Source: Opitutia bacterium KCR 482 (GTDB lineage: Bacteria > Verrucomicrobiota > Verrucomicrobiia > Opitutales > Intestinicryptomonadaceae). From it: 32,000 nt of DNA. A program made the position numbers and the translations under genes. The stretch lies in NCBI GenBank assembly GCA_029269845.2, contig CP149973.1:1740001-1772000 (forward strand), written 5' to 3'. A model generated the notes under the pieces. It searched no databases, was not told the origin of the DNA, and saw nothing but the letters and a program-made list of their open reading frames with translations. Of the stretch, positions 15,453 through 23,979 are shown piece by piece (the first letter of the stretch is position 1; each line of letters opens with the position of its first letter).

Positions 15453-16421
15453 ATGAAAAAAGCATACATGATTTTAGCCGCGTTCGCCGTAGCGAGCATC
15501 GCGGCCGCCCAATTGAAAACCGGCGATGTCACGTTCTACGACGGCGTTGTCGGAAAAATCGTCTACGGGGAATCGGGTTCGGCGTCGGGTTCGTCCACGG
15601 ACTTGCAGTTTGAGACCGCGCCGAACGCCCTTTGGCTCAACAACGTTACAATCAACTTCGATTCGCCCGCCGAAAGCAAGCTGGAAATCGCAAGCGGCAG
15701 CGTCATTGCGTTCGGCGACGTAAAGTATTCAATCGCGACTCAGGGAAATGTAGAGCTGAATTTCAAGTCGGGTTCGAAGGCGAGCCTGATTGCAAAAGGG
15801 CAGGGCATGCTTTCGGGGTACAAAGAGTTGGAGGCGGGTAAAATTGTTCCATCAATCGTGTCTGTTAGTGTAGAAAACGGCTACGATGGCACAATCCAGC
15901 TGAACACACTCGGCGGCGTAAGCGGTACGACAAACCTTGTTCTCGACAAGAAAAATGCAATCATTTCGGACGGCAAAGCCAGCACAAGCACGCGCCTTTA
16001 TTCAAGCGGCGCAAAAATAAACCTCTCAGCCTCCGCCGACCAGACATTCATTTGGGACGATAGAAGCGCGGGCGCATTCACGTTCGACATTTCCGACGGC
16101 GCGAAAATACTGTTCGAATCTATCTGGCCTGTCAGCTTTACGCGCGACCAAAAGCAAACTCTGAATTCGCTCGACGGCGAAATTCTCTTCGAGAAGTCGC
16201 TGGTTACCGGCTACGACGCCGACAACCTTACGATATCCGTAAAATCCGGCACGATTACGTTTGTAAATAATACCGGAGGCGACGTGTTCGTGGGCGAAAA
16301 AACAATCGACGGCGGCGAATACATCTACATTTCGAATACGCAGATTCCCGAACCCTCAACATGGGCGGCGATTTTCGGGGCTGTTGCGCTGGGCGTTGCG
16401 GTCTACCGCAGGCGCAAATAG
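15453..16421 (+). CDS. PEP-CTERM sorting-domain secreted protein
   Basis: N-terminal signal peptide MKKAYMILAAFAVASIAAAQ. The C-terminus IPEPSTWAAIFGAVALGVAVYRRRK is the PEP motif plus TM helix plus Arg-rich tail. The body is Ser/Gly/Thr-rich with no recognisable domain. Confidence 0.8.
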   Translation: MKKAYMILAAFAVASIAAAQLKTGDVTFYDGVVGKIVYGESGSASGSSTDLQFETAPNALWLNNVTINFDSPAESKLEIASGSVIAFGDVKYSIATQGNVELNFKSGSKASLIAKGQGMLSGYKELEAGKIVPSIVSVSVENGYDGTIQLNTLGGVSGTTNLVLDKKNAIISDGKASTSTRLYSSGAKINLSASADQTFIWDDRSAGAFTFDISDGAKILFESIWPVSFTRDQKQTLNSLDGEILFEKSLVTGYDADNLTISVKSGTITFVNNTGGDVFVGEKTIDGGEYIYISNTQIPEPSTWAAIFGAVALGVAVYRRRK

Positions 16422-16449
16422 CGTTGCAACCGCATAGGATTTCTCCGCG

Positions 16450-16478
16450 GCGGCCGGATTTCCCGGCCGCTTTTTTTT
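16450..16478 (+). terminator. Rho-independent terminator after the PEP-CTERM gene
   Basis: 8-bp stem GCGGCCGG / CCGGCCGC, 5-nt loop, T8 run at 16471-16478. Confidence 0.8.
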
Positions 16479-16502
16479 GCGGACTGGGCGTTTCCCGCCG
16501 CT

Positions 16503-16525
16503 ATTTTTTGTCCGATACAAAAAAT
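16503..16525. promoter_or_regulatory. AT-rich perfect inverted repeat (possible operator)
   Basis: ATTTTTTGT-CCGAT-ACAAAAAAT, with 9-bp perfect arms, ending 14 nt upstream of the TTGACT at 16540. Confidence 0.25.
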
Positions 16526-16539
16526 GCGTCGTTCCGCTA

Positions 16540-16569
16540 TTGACTTTTTGCGAAACTTCAAACTAACGT
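16540..16569 (+). promoter_or_regulatory. Sigma-70-like promoter candidate for the transporter gene
   Basis: TTGACT (16540-16545), 18 nt, TAACGT (16564-16569). The same TAACNT-type -10 is seen at 7690 and 12754. Confidence 0.3.
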
Positions 16570-16630
16570 CTTCATAGCGGGGCGAATATGGCGTCGCGCG
16601 GTTTTCCAAAACAAAAAAGAAAGGCGAAAT

Positions 16631-17647
16631 ATGATTACGGTAAGTTCCTACCCGATTGCGGTGGCGATGTGCGTCATTACGATGATATGCTGGGGCTCGT
16701 GGGGCAACACGCAAAAACTTGCAAGCAAAAGCTGGAAATTCCAACTCTTCTATTGGGATTACACAATCGGCATTCTCCTGTTCTCGCTGCTGCTCGCATT
16801 CACCGCAGGCTCGTTCGGCGAGGGCGGCAGAAGCTTTGTAGATGACCTTTCGCAGGCGGACTCCCAGTGGCTGCTTTCGGCGTTAATCGGGGGCGCGGTG
16901 TTCAACCTTTCGAATATTTTGCTCGTTATTGCAATCGACATCGCGGGGCTTGCCGTGGCGTTCCCCGTGGGAATCGGGCTTGCGCTCGTCTTGGGCGTGA
17001 TAACAACCTACGCGGCGCGTCCCGAAGGCGACCCCATAATGCTCGGCGCGGGAGTTGCGTTCATCTGCGCGGCGATTGTCCTCGACGCTCTCGCATTCCG
17101 CAGGCTCGGCGCGGGCGGCTCTACCGCCAAGGGCATTTTCGTGTCGGCGTTGGCGGGCGTGCTGATGGGTTTCTTTTACAGCTTCGTGGCGGAGTCGATG
17201 GGAAAAATCGACATGACCACGGGCGTGGCGGTCTTGGAGTCGGGCAGACTTTCGCCCTATACGGCGATGGTTGTTTTCGCGCTCGGAATTTTCGTCTCGA
17301 ACTTTGTGTTCAACACGCTTGCAATGAAGTTTCCCGTGGGCGGAGGCAAAAGCGTTTCGTACGCGCAGTACTTCACCGACGGCAGCGCGAAGCTCCACTT
17401 GGTGGGCATTCTCGGCGGCTCGATTTGGTGCTTGGGCACAAGCTTTAGCTTCATCTCGGCGAACGCGGCGGGGGCGGCTCTCGCCTACGGACTGGGGCAG
17501 GGCGCGACGATGGTTTCCGCGCTGTGGGGCGTGTTTGTCTGGCGCGAATTCCGCGGCGCGCCGAAAGGCACAAACAAGCTTCTGGCGCTGATGTTTGCGT
17601 GCTTCGTGGTGGGGCTTTCGATTCTCGTGTTCTCGAAAGCGGCATAG
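16631..17647 (+). CDS. DMT-superfamily (GRP/RhaT-like) putative sugar transporter, ~10 TM
   Basis: 338-aa highly hydrophobic ORF with two similar 5-TM halves. The N-terminal ICWGSWGNTQK resembles GRP-type sugar uptake proteins. Substrate is unknown. Confidence 0.55.
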   Translation: MITVSSYPIAVAMCVITMICWGSWGNTQKLASKSWKFQLFYWDYTIGILLFSLLLAFTAGSFGEGGRSFVDDLSQADSQWLLSALIGGAVFNLSNILLVIAIDIAGLAVAFPVGIGLALVLGVITTYAARPEGDPIMLGAGVAFICAAIVLDALAFRRLGAGGSTAKGIFVSALAGVLMGFFYSFVAESMGKIDMTTGVAVLESGRLSPYTAMVVFALGIFVSNFVFNTLAMKFPVGGGKSVSYAQYFTDGSAKLHLVGILGGSIWCLGTSFSFISANAAGAALAYGLGQGATMVSALWGVFVWREFRGAPKGTNKLLALMFACFVVGLSILVFSKAA

Positions 17648-17787
17648 AAAAACGTTCTCGCTTCCGCAAAACTTTTGCATGACGGCGCCGAATTTTCGGC
17701 GCTCAATTGCCAACTTTTTGCGTTGAAGCTTTAACGCGTTTTCCGCGCGCATGCGCGGGCATTTCTGATTTTTTATATGGGTTAGCG

Positions 17788-17806
17788 TAGAATCGCTGCG
17801 ATTCTA
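17788..17806. promoter_or_regulatory. Perfect 19-bp palindrome in AT-rich island
   Basis: TAGAATCGC-T-GCGATTCTA read directly. It looks like a dimeric-regulator operator, but no adjacent regulated gene is annotated. Confidence 0.25.
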
Positions 17807-17963
17807 AAACAAAAACACACGATTCCATATTTGGTAATCGGGCGCATGCTGTTTGTAAAAGCAATATTGCATATGGAATACGAATTTTCGATATGTAATC
17901 GTAAGCTAATTCCGCGCAAAGCGCGTCTATTTTAATTTGTTTCTTTCTTTGCAAAGAATAATC

Positions 17964-18233
17964 TCAACGCCAGTAATTGGCGAAGCCAATACGAACTAAA
18001 CGGGGAAAGGCGCGGTTATAGCCGCGCCGCATAATCACAGAAAGGAGCGAAGCTCCGTAGGGAGGCGCATCTTGCGCCCGCCTTTTGGGGGCGGCAGCCC
18101 CCTCTGTTGGCGTCAAGTCTCCAGCCTTGCGGGGGAGTGGGTGGAGAATTTCGCAAAGCCCAATCCACCCCTGGGGGCGCAAGCCCCCAAGTTTCGGGAG
18201 GTGCGGCCCGCACCCGTGCAGGCTGCAGCCTGC
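17964..18233 (+). other. Hairpin-dense GC-rich element (candidate structured ncRNA or REP-like cluster)
   Basis: At least 10 consecutive short perfect stems are read directly. Examples: CGCCA/TGGCG, TTGGC-GAA-GCCAA, GGCGCGG-TTATAG-CCGCGCC, GGAGC-GAA-GCTCC, GGCGCA-TCT-TGCGCC, GGGGGC-GGCA-GCCCCC, GGGTGGA..TCCACCC, TGGGGGC-GCAA-GCCCCCA, GGTGCG-GCC-CGCACC, GCAGGC-TGCA-GCCTGC. No credible ORF. Confidence 0.35.
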
Positions 18234-18605
18234 CTAGATGGAGCGGCAGTCGTCTTTATTTTTCTGGGTGTAGCCGGAGTCTTGGCGGTCGTGGTTGATA
18301 TGGTTTTTCTTGGCGTAGACGTCGTAGAAGTCCTGCGCCGACATGCCGAGAACCTGCGCAAGTGATACGAGGAAGTGGAGCATGTCGACAACCTCGACTC
18401 TTGCGTTTTGGGGGTCGAACTTCTGGTACTTCGCCCACCATTTCCACGGAACGGAGTCTACAAGCTCGGCGTTTTCTTGACCGAGCGCGCGGCTGTAATT
18501 GAGAACCCACTTGACTTTTTCCTCGTCGGACATCGCGGCGGTGTCTATGCCGATGCGCTTGTTGAGTTCATACTGCATTTGGAAGATTTCTTCGAGTTTA
18601 TCCAT
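18234..18605 (-). CDS. All-alpha dimeric dUTPase-like / MazG-like NTP pyrophosphohydrolase
   Basis: The track start 18614 is TTG; ATG 18605 (MDKLEEIFQMQ) is more likely. The pattern LEEIFQMQ.ELN..I, ALGQE.AEL, PWKWW and VEVVDMLHFLVSL matches the dUTPase_2-type family as I remember it. Confidence 0.6.
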   Translation of the reverse strand: MDKLEEIFQMQYELNKRIGIDTAAMSDEEKVKWVLNYSRALGQENAELVDSVPWKWWAKYQKFDPQNARVEVVDMLHFLVSLAQVLGMSAQDFYDVYAKKNHINHDRQDSGYTQKNKDDCRSI

Positions 18606-18639
18606 AATGGGCAAGAGCCTAACGCCTTTGCGCGGCGCG

Positions 18640-20718
18640 TCAAGATTTCGATTTCGGGGAAAGGCCCAATTCGCCGATTTGCTCCGATACGAAGCCGTCG
18701 ATGTCGTCCTCTTCGAAACGCTCGACCCTGTCGGTGGGAATCGCGTCTACGAAATTTTTGCCGTAAGCTTTTGTTACGATTCGCGAGTCGAGTACGGCAA
18801 TTACGCCCCTGTCGGACGCGCTTCGAATCAGCCGCCCCACGCCCTGCCTGAACTTGATGATTGCCGCGGGCAGGGAAAGCTCCATGAACGGGTTGCCGCC
18901 TTCCTGACGAAGCCTGTCGATGCGCGCCTGTAAAAGCGGGTGCTGGAAGTTCTCGAACGGAAGCCGCGTGATGATTACTTGGGAAAGTTTTTCGCCGGGG
19001 AGGTCGATGCCCGTCCAGAACATGTCGGTGCCGAGCAGGATTGCGTTGCCCGCTTCGGCAAAGGCGTTGACGGTCTCGCGGCGCGACATGCGCCCCTGCA
19101 CGAAAATTTTGCGCCCTACGATGTTTTCCTCCAAAAATTTCGCGGTCTTGTTGAGGTCGGCGTAGCTTGTGAAAAGAATGAGCGTGCCGCCGCGGACTTT
19201 CTCGCAAAGCTTTTTGCAGACGCGCGAAAGGTAGTCGGAGTCGAGCCGTCCCGTCTCGCGCTCGACGTCGGGGGCGTCGGTCGCGATGAACGCCCGCATG
19301 TGGGCGTTGTAGTCGAAAGGCGAGTCGCACACAAAACGCTCGGCGTCGTCCGCGCCGACTTTCGCGACGAAGCCGTCCATGTTCCCGCCGACCGCGAGCG
19401 TCGCCGAAGTCATCACAACCGACGTTTCCCGCGCGAAAAGCACGCGCCGCAAAATTCCCGAAACTTTAAGCGGCGCGGAGTTGAGCTGAGCCCCGCGCCC
19501 GTCTTTGCCCGCGCGTTCGACCCAGTAGACGGCGCTTTCGGCGTCGTCGAGGAAGATGCAGTTTTCGAGCGTGTTTTTGAACGAGACAATCCGCCGCTTG
19601 TAGTCGCGGATTTCGGCGGCGAGCTTGTCGGTCTTTGCGTTCATCGCGAAGGAGTCGAGGAGGGCGGCGAGCGCGTCGAGCTTGCGCGGAAATTCGTCGT
19701 CAATCCAGTTGGGGGCGGTGAGTCGCACGGTCTCGCGCGAAATCAGAAAATTCTTTTTTATGTGCGCGAAGAAATCCTCGCACATAGCCATTGTGTCTAT
19801 TACGACCTGCTTGTCGTAGTGCTCCGCCATGCCTTCGCGGGTGATTAGCCCGCGCCGCTTTTTGGGGTCGTAGATTCGGCGCAGCTCGCGCAAAATTCCC
19901 GTGTTGCTAAGCGACGTTCCGAACGCCTCGCTTGCTACGTGCGGCACAAGGTGCGCTTCGTCGAGCACAAGCATATCGTTGGGGAATAGCACGCCGCGCC
20001 CGCCAGCCTCCTCGCCCATGCCCGCCGCGAGCAGCGCGAAAAGCAGGCTGTGGTTGAGTATTACGATGTCCGCCGACGCAACCTGCCTGCGTGCGTTTTG
20101 GTAGAAGCAAGTGCCGTCGTCGCAGTTCTTGGCGGTGCAAGAGGACGAGTCCGCGCTGACCCAGTTCCAGACTTCGGGGTTCGGCGGCGGGTTAAGCTCG
20201 TCAACAAGCCCCGTCTTTGTGAACGCCGCCCACTGCGCGATTCTGTCAAGCTCGAGCGATTCCTCCGTGTCGAATAGCTCGCGCTTTTCGGCGAGGGCGC
20301 GTTTGAGCCTGTGCGTGCAAAGATAGTTGCTCCTGCCGAGCAGAATCGCCGGCTTGAAGCCGGCGCAGTCCTCCAACGCGTCGCAGTTTTCGAACATCAG
20401 GCGGATTCGCAGCAGGTCTTTTTCGATAATCTGCTGTTGCAGCGCGATTGTGTGCGTTGCCACAATCAGCTGCCTGTTGAAGCGCACCGCCGCGATAATT
20501 CCGGGGACGAGATACGCCAGGCTTTTGCCGACGCCCGTGCCCGCCTCGAACAAAATCGGCATGTCGCCCGCGAACGCCTGCGCGCAGCAGTACGCCATTT
20601 GCGCCTGTTCGGGGCGGTGCTCGAAATTCGGCAGAATCGCGGCATAGCCGTCTTTGCAGAATATCTTATTGCAAAGGTTCGGAAATTCGAATTTCTCCTG
20701 CGCCGACGCTTCGGACAC
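18640..20718 (-). CDS. dinG: ATP-dependent DNA helicase, DinG/XPD (Rad3) family with Fe-S cluster domain
   Basis: GTG start lies 6 nt after the upstream stop. Walker A is EAGTGVGKSLAYL and the DEAH box is LVLDEAHLV. Four Cys lie between motifs I and II (YLCTH, SSSCTAKNC, GTCFY). The C-terminal helicase motifs are LFTSY and GTDMFWTGIDLPG. Confidence 0.85.
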   Translation of the reverse strand: MSEASAQEKFEFPNLCNKIFCKDGYAAILPNFEHRPEQAQMAYCCAQAFAGDMPILFEAGTGVGKSLAYLVPGIIAAVRFNRQLIVATHTIALQQQIIEKDLLRIRLMFENCDALEDCAGFKPAILLGRSNYLCTHRLKRALAEKRELFDTEESLELDRIAQWAAFTKTGLVDELNPPPNPEVWNWVSADSSSCTAKNCDDGTCFYQNARRQVASADIVILNHSLLFALLAAGMGEEAGGRGVLFPNDMLVLDEAHLVPHVASEAFGTSLSNTGILRELRRIYDPKKRRGLITREGMAEHYDKQVVIDTMAMCEDFFAHIKKNFLISRETVRLTAPNWIDDEFPRKLDALAALLDSFAMNAKTDKLAAEIRDYKRRIVSFKNTLENCIFLDDAESAVYWVERAGKDGRGAQLNSAPLKVSGILRRVLFARETSVVMTSATLAVGGNMDGFVAKVGADDAERFVCDSPFDYNAHMRAFIATDAPDVERETGRLDSDYLSRVCKKLCEKVRGGTLILFTSYADLNKTAKFLEENIVGRKIFVQGRMSRRETVNAFAEAGNAILLGTDMFWTGIDLPGEKLSQVIITRLPFENFQHPLLQARIDRLRQEGGNPFMELSLPAAIIKFRQGVGRLIRSASDRGVIAVLDSRIVTKAYGKNFVDAIPTDRVERFEEDDIDGFVSEQIGELGLSPKSKS

Positions 20719-20724
20719 TTTGTG

Positions 20725-21750
20725 CTATTGCGTTTTCTTGTTGAAATTGCGCATGTGCTTTGCGGCGCGGAACATTCCGCCCCACGTTCCGAAAATGTCG
20801 CGAACCGCGCTCGCCTCGTAGCCGCTGTGGAGCATGCAGTCTTTGCATTCGGGGCGCGTGCCGTGCCTGCCCAGCCCGTACTTGTCGATTTCATTCATCA
20901 GTTCGGCGAACGTTTCGCAGTAGCCGTCGTTGATGAGGTAGCAGGGCTTCTGCCAGCCGAGAATGGAGTAGGTGGGGTTGCCCCACGGCGTGCAGTCGTA
21001 ATCCTGCTCGCCTTTGAGGAACGCGAGGAATCCGGGGGAGTGGTTGAACACCCAGCTCTTTTTCGGGTTGCCGAGTATCTTTTTGAAAAGCTCGATTGTC
21101 TTGTTGCGTTCGAGGAAGATGTCCTGATTCGGCGCTTTGTCGTAGGGGAATCCGGGGGAAATCATCATGCCCTCCACGCCGAGGGCCATTGCGTCGTCGA
21201 AGAATTTGCGGACTGTTTCGGGGTCGGCATTGTTGAAGATAGTCGTGTTTGTTGTCACGCGGAAGCCGCGCTTTACGGCTTCCTTGATTCCCTTGACGGC
21301 GGTGTCGTACGCGCCCTCGCGGTTTACGTTTTTGTCGTGCATTTCGCGCGTGCCGTCGAGGTGGATTCCCAGCGACAGGTATTTGCTGGGCTTGAAAAGG
21401 TCTATTTTGCGCAGGAGAATCTGCGCGTTTGTGCACATGTAGACGTACTTTTTGCGCTCGATGAACCCTTCAATCATCTGGGGCATTTCGGGGTGGAGCA
21501 GGGGCTCGCCGCCCGCGATGCTCACTACCGGCGCACCGCATTCTTCAATTGCCGCCCACGCCTTTTCCTTAGGCATGCGCATGTCGAGTATGTTTTTGGG
21601 ATACTGGATTTTCCCGCAGCCTGAGCACGCCAGATTGCACTGGAAAAGCGGTTCGAGCATCATTACCAAAGGATAGCGTTTTTCGCCTTTGAGGGTTTTC
21701 CCCAAGGCGTATTTAGCTACTGTCAATACTTGCGACAACGGCACTGCCAT
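20725..21750 (-). CDS. hpnH: Radical SAM protein of the HpnH (adenosyl-hopene transferase) / DUF3463 family
   Basis: AGGAG lies 8 nt upstream of ATG 21750. Motifs: RYPLVMMLEPLFQCNLACSGCGK (CxxxCxxC), GAPVVSIAGGEPLLHPE, and C-terminal CTPWGNPTYSILGWQKPCYL typical of DUF3463. The resemblance to HpnH is from memory of the family. Confidence 0.7.
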   Translation of the reverse strand: MAVPLSQVLTVAKYALGKTLKGEKRYPLVMMLEPLFQCNLACSGCGKIQYPKNILDMRMPKEKAWAAIEECGAPVVSIAGGEPLLHPEMPQMIEGFIERKKYVYMCTNAQILLRKIDLFKPSKYLSLGIHLDGTREMHDKNVNREGAYDTAVKGIKEAVKRGFRVTTNTTIFNNADPETVRKFFDDAMALGVEGMMISPGFPYDKAPNQDIFLERNKTIELFKKILGNPKKSWVFNHSPGFLAFLKGEQDYDCTPWGNPTYSILGWQKPCYLINDGYCETFAELMNEIDKYGLGRHGTRPECKDCMLHSGYEASAVRDIFGTWGGMFRAAKHMRNFNKKTQ

Positions 21751-21784
21751 ATAAATAATCTCCTAATACTTTGTTAAACGGGTC

Positions 21785-21813
21785 AATATTGCACTTTTCC
21801 CTCCGCTCTTCAA
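21785..21813 (-). promoter_or_regulatory. Sigma-70-like promoter candidate for the hpnH-dinG-dut operon
   Basis: On the minus strand: A8 tract, TTGAAG (21813-21808), 17 nt, AATATT (21790-21785). It lies about 35 nt upstream of ATG 21750 and back-to-back with the plus-strand AAAAAAAATGCTTGTAAG site. Confidence 0.35.
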
Positions 21814-21919
21814 CTTTTTTTTGCGCCCGCGCTCTTAAAAAAAATGCTTGTAAGATTTCGCGTCGGCGGCAAAATGGCTAACCGATTTTTTAAATACCGG
21901 CATAATTATAAATACAAAG

Positions 21920-22963
21920 ATGAGATTCGACAAACTTTCCATCGTCGCGGTTGCGGCGGCATTCGGTTTTCTGACCGCAAATGCGGAAATTCTCACGCTC
22001 TCAAACGGCGACAGAATTTCCGGCAAAATTTCGCAGGCCGACGACGCTCAGGTCATTCTCGACACTGCGTTCGGCTCGATAAAAATTCCCCGCGCGTCGA
22101 TTAGCGGAATCAGCGCAGACCAAAATTCGCCAGAGCTTACCCAGCAGGCGGCGGAAAAATCCGCCGAGGCAGCTCCCGCGCCCGCGGCAGCCCCAGCGGC
22201 GGACCCGACCGCGCCCGAAGCCGTCGAAAAAGAACCGCAGTGGATTACCGACTACCGCGAATTCGTCAAGGAGAACTTTCCCGAAGGCTGGCAGTTCAGG
22301 CTTCGCGGCGGCGTTGAATACCGCCAGACGACATCGAAAGTGTTCTCCGTCTACGGCGCGTTCGACCTCAAAAAAGAGTGGGACTTGAACAAGTTCTCCG
22401 CGACCGCCTACTACAACTATACGCAGGAAACAAGCACCAACGACGTTTCCAGCACCACCCTCGATAAATGGGGTATCGACACCAACTTCCGCCGCGACTT
22501 CGACGAAACCAGCCACTGGTATGTGCAAAACATTCTCAACTATAAAAAGGATATGGTCAAGGGCATCAAAGACCAGGTCGACGAGGCGATAACGCTTGGT
22601 TATAGGTTCGAGTTCGAACGCTACGGTTTGACAATCGACATCGCCCCCGGTCCCGCTGTCCGCTACATCAATGCCGACGACTTCAACACAAAGTGGGTGC
22701 TCATGGGTGTTGTCGCCGAAGACCTCGTTTGGGAAATCAGCAAACTTCTCCGCTTAGAACAGAACGGCTACGTCGGCATGAATCTCACCAATTCCAACCA
22801 GTACTCGGCGTATCTGCGAATCGGATTCATCGTGAAGGCGACCGACGTTCTCGAAATCGCCCTCCGCTATTCGTACGACTACGACGCCGTCAACGCTTCG
22901 ACCGCCCAGAAAGAGGAACAGCGTCTGCTGCTCTCGTTCGAAGCCCCGTTTAATTGGCAGTAA
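21920..22963 (+). CDS. DUF481-like outer-membrane beta-barrel protein with N-terminal soluble module and Ala/Pro linker
   Basis: Signal peptide MRFDKLSIVAVAAAFGFLTANA. The LTLSNGDRISGKI..ILDTAFGSIKIPRASISGI module is common at DUF481 N-termini. The C-terminal half has alternating aromatic/polar beta-strand periodicity ending in ..FNWQ. Confidence 0.55.
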   Translation: MRFDKLSIVAVAAAFGFLTANAEILTLSNGDRISGKISQADDAQVILDTAFGSIKIPRASISGISADQNSPELTQQAAEKSAEAAPAPAAAPAADPTAPEAVEKEPQWITDYREFVKENFPEGWQFRLRGGVEYRQTTSKVFSVYGAFDLKKEWDLNKFSATAYYNYTQETSTNDVSSTTLDKWGIDTNFRRDFDETSHWYVQNILNYKKDMVKGIKDQVDEAITLGYRFEFERYGLTIDIAPGPAVRYINADDFNTKWVLMGVVAEDLVWEISKLLRLEQNGYVGMNLTNSNQYSAYLRIGFIVKATDVLEIALRYSYDYDAVNASTAQKEEQRLLLSFEAPFNWQ

Positions 22964-22998
22964 TTTTTTCAAAACTTAACGCAAAATAATAAAAAAAC

Positions 22999-23979
22999 AT
23001 GAAAGATCCTATTAAAATCGCAATCACGGGTGCCGCCGGACAAATCGGCTACTCCCTGCTTTTCCGCATTGCAAGCGGAGCAATCTTCGGTCCCGAACAG
23101 CCGGTAGACCTTAGCCTCATCGAAATCGAACCCGGCATGAAGGCTCTCGCGGGCGTCAAGATGGAGCTAGACGACTGTGCATTCCCGCTCCTCAACAAGG
23201 TCGTTACGACCTGCGACATGAACGAAGGCTTCTACGGCGCGAACTGGGCGCTGCTCGTCGGCAGCGTGCCACGCAAGGCGGGCATGGAACGCGGCGACCT
23301 CCTCGGCATCAACGGCAAGATTTTCATCGGTCAGGGCAAGGCTATCGAAGCAAACGCCGCCGACGATATCCGCGTTCTCGTTGTCGGCAACCCCTGCAAC
23401 ACGAACTGCTGGACGGCGATGAAAAACGCCCCCAAGATTCCCTCGAACAGATGGTTCGCGATGACCCGCCTCGACGAAAACCGCGCAAAGGCGCAGCTCG
23501 CCGAAAAGGCTGGCGTGCACGTCAACGAAGTCTCCAACATGACCATTTGGGGCAACCACTCGTCCACCCAGTATCCCGACTTCTACAACGCCAAAATCGA
23601 CGGCAAGGCGGCTCTCGACGTCATCAAGGACGAAGCGTGGCTTAAAGACACGTTTATCCCGACTGTCCAGAAGCGCGGCGCGGCGGTTATCGCGGCTCGC
23701 GGCCTTTCCAGCGCGGCTTCGGCGGCAAACGCGGCAATCGATACCGTCCGCACTCTCGTCACCCCGACGAAAGCAGGCGACTGGTTCAGCGTCGGCGTTT
23801 GCTCCGACGGCAGCTACGGCACTCCCGCCGGTACGATTACCTCTCTCCCCGTCCGCTCGAACGGCAAAGACTGGGAAATCGTTCAGGGCATCGAGCTTAA
23901 CGACTTCGCCAAGGAAAAAATCGCCGCCTCCAACGCGGAACTCCTCGAAGAACAAGCCGAAATCTCCAAGCTCTTCTAA
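22999..23979 (+). CDS. mdh: Malate dehydrogenase (NAD-dependent, LDH-like type 2)
   Basis: [21 protein letters not shown] dinucleotide fold, [36 protein letters not shown]. 326 aa. Confidence 0.95.
   Translation: MKDPIKIAITGAAGQIGYSLLFRIASGAIFGPEQPVDLSLIEIEPGMKALAGVKMELDDCAFPLLNKVVTTCDMNEGFYGANWALLVGSVPRKAGMERGDLLGINGKIFIGQGKAIEANAADDIRVLVVGNPCNTNCWTAMKNAPKIPSNRWFAMTRLDENRAKAQLAEKAGVHVNEVSNMTIWGNHSSTQYPDFYNAKIDGKAALDVIKDEAWLKDTFIPTVQKRGAAVIAARGLSSAASAANAAIDTVRTLVTPTKAGDWFSVGVCSDGSYGTPAGTITSLPVRSNGKDWEIVQGIELNDFAKEKIAASNAELLEEQAEISKLF

Noticed and set aside
17703-17954. 83-aa minus-strand ORF in the AT-rich island.
   Set aside because: No SD, no recognisable domain, composition unlike neighbouring genes, and it spans palindromic, operator-like DNA. 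I kept it only as a remote possibility in the AT-island finding.
18234-21750. Radical SAM + helicase + NTP pyrophosphatase operon considered as a viperin-like or DinG-based anti-phage defence system.
   Set aside because: The radical SAM protein matches the HpnH/DUF3463 type rather than viperin. The helicase looks like a standard full-length housekeeping DinG. Local composition is indistinguishable from the flanks, and no mobile or defence-island neighbours are present. It is retained only as an unusual-operon observation.
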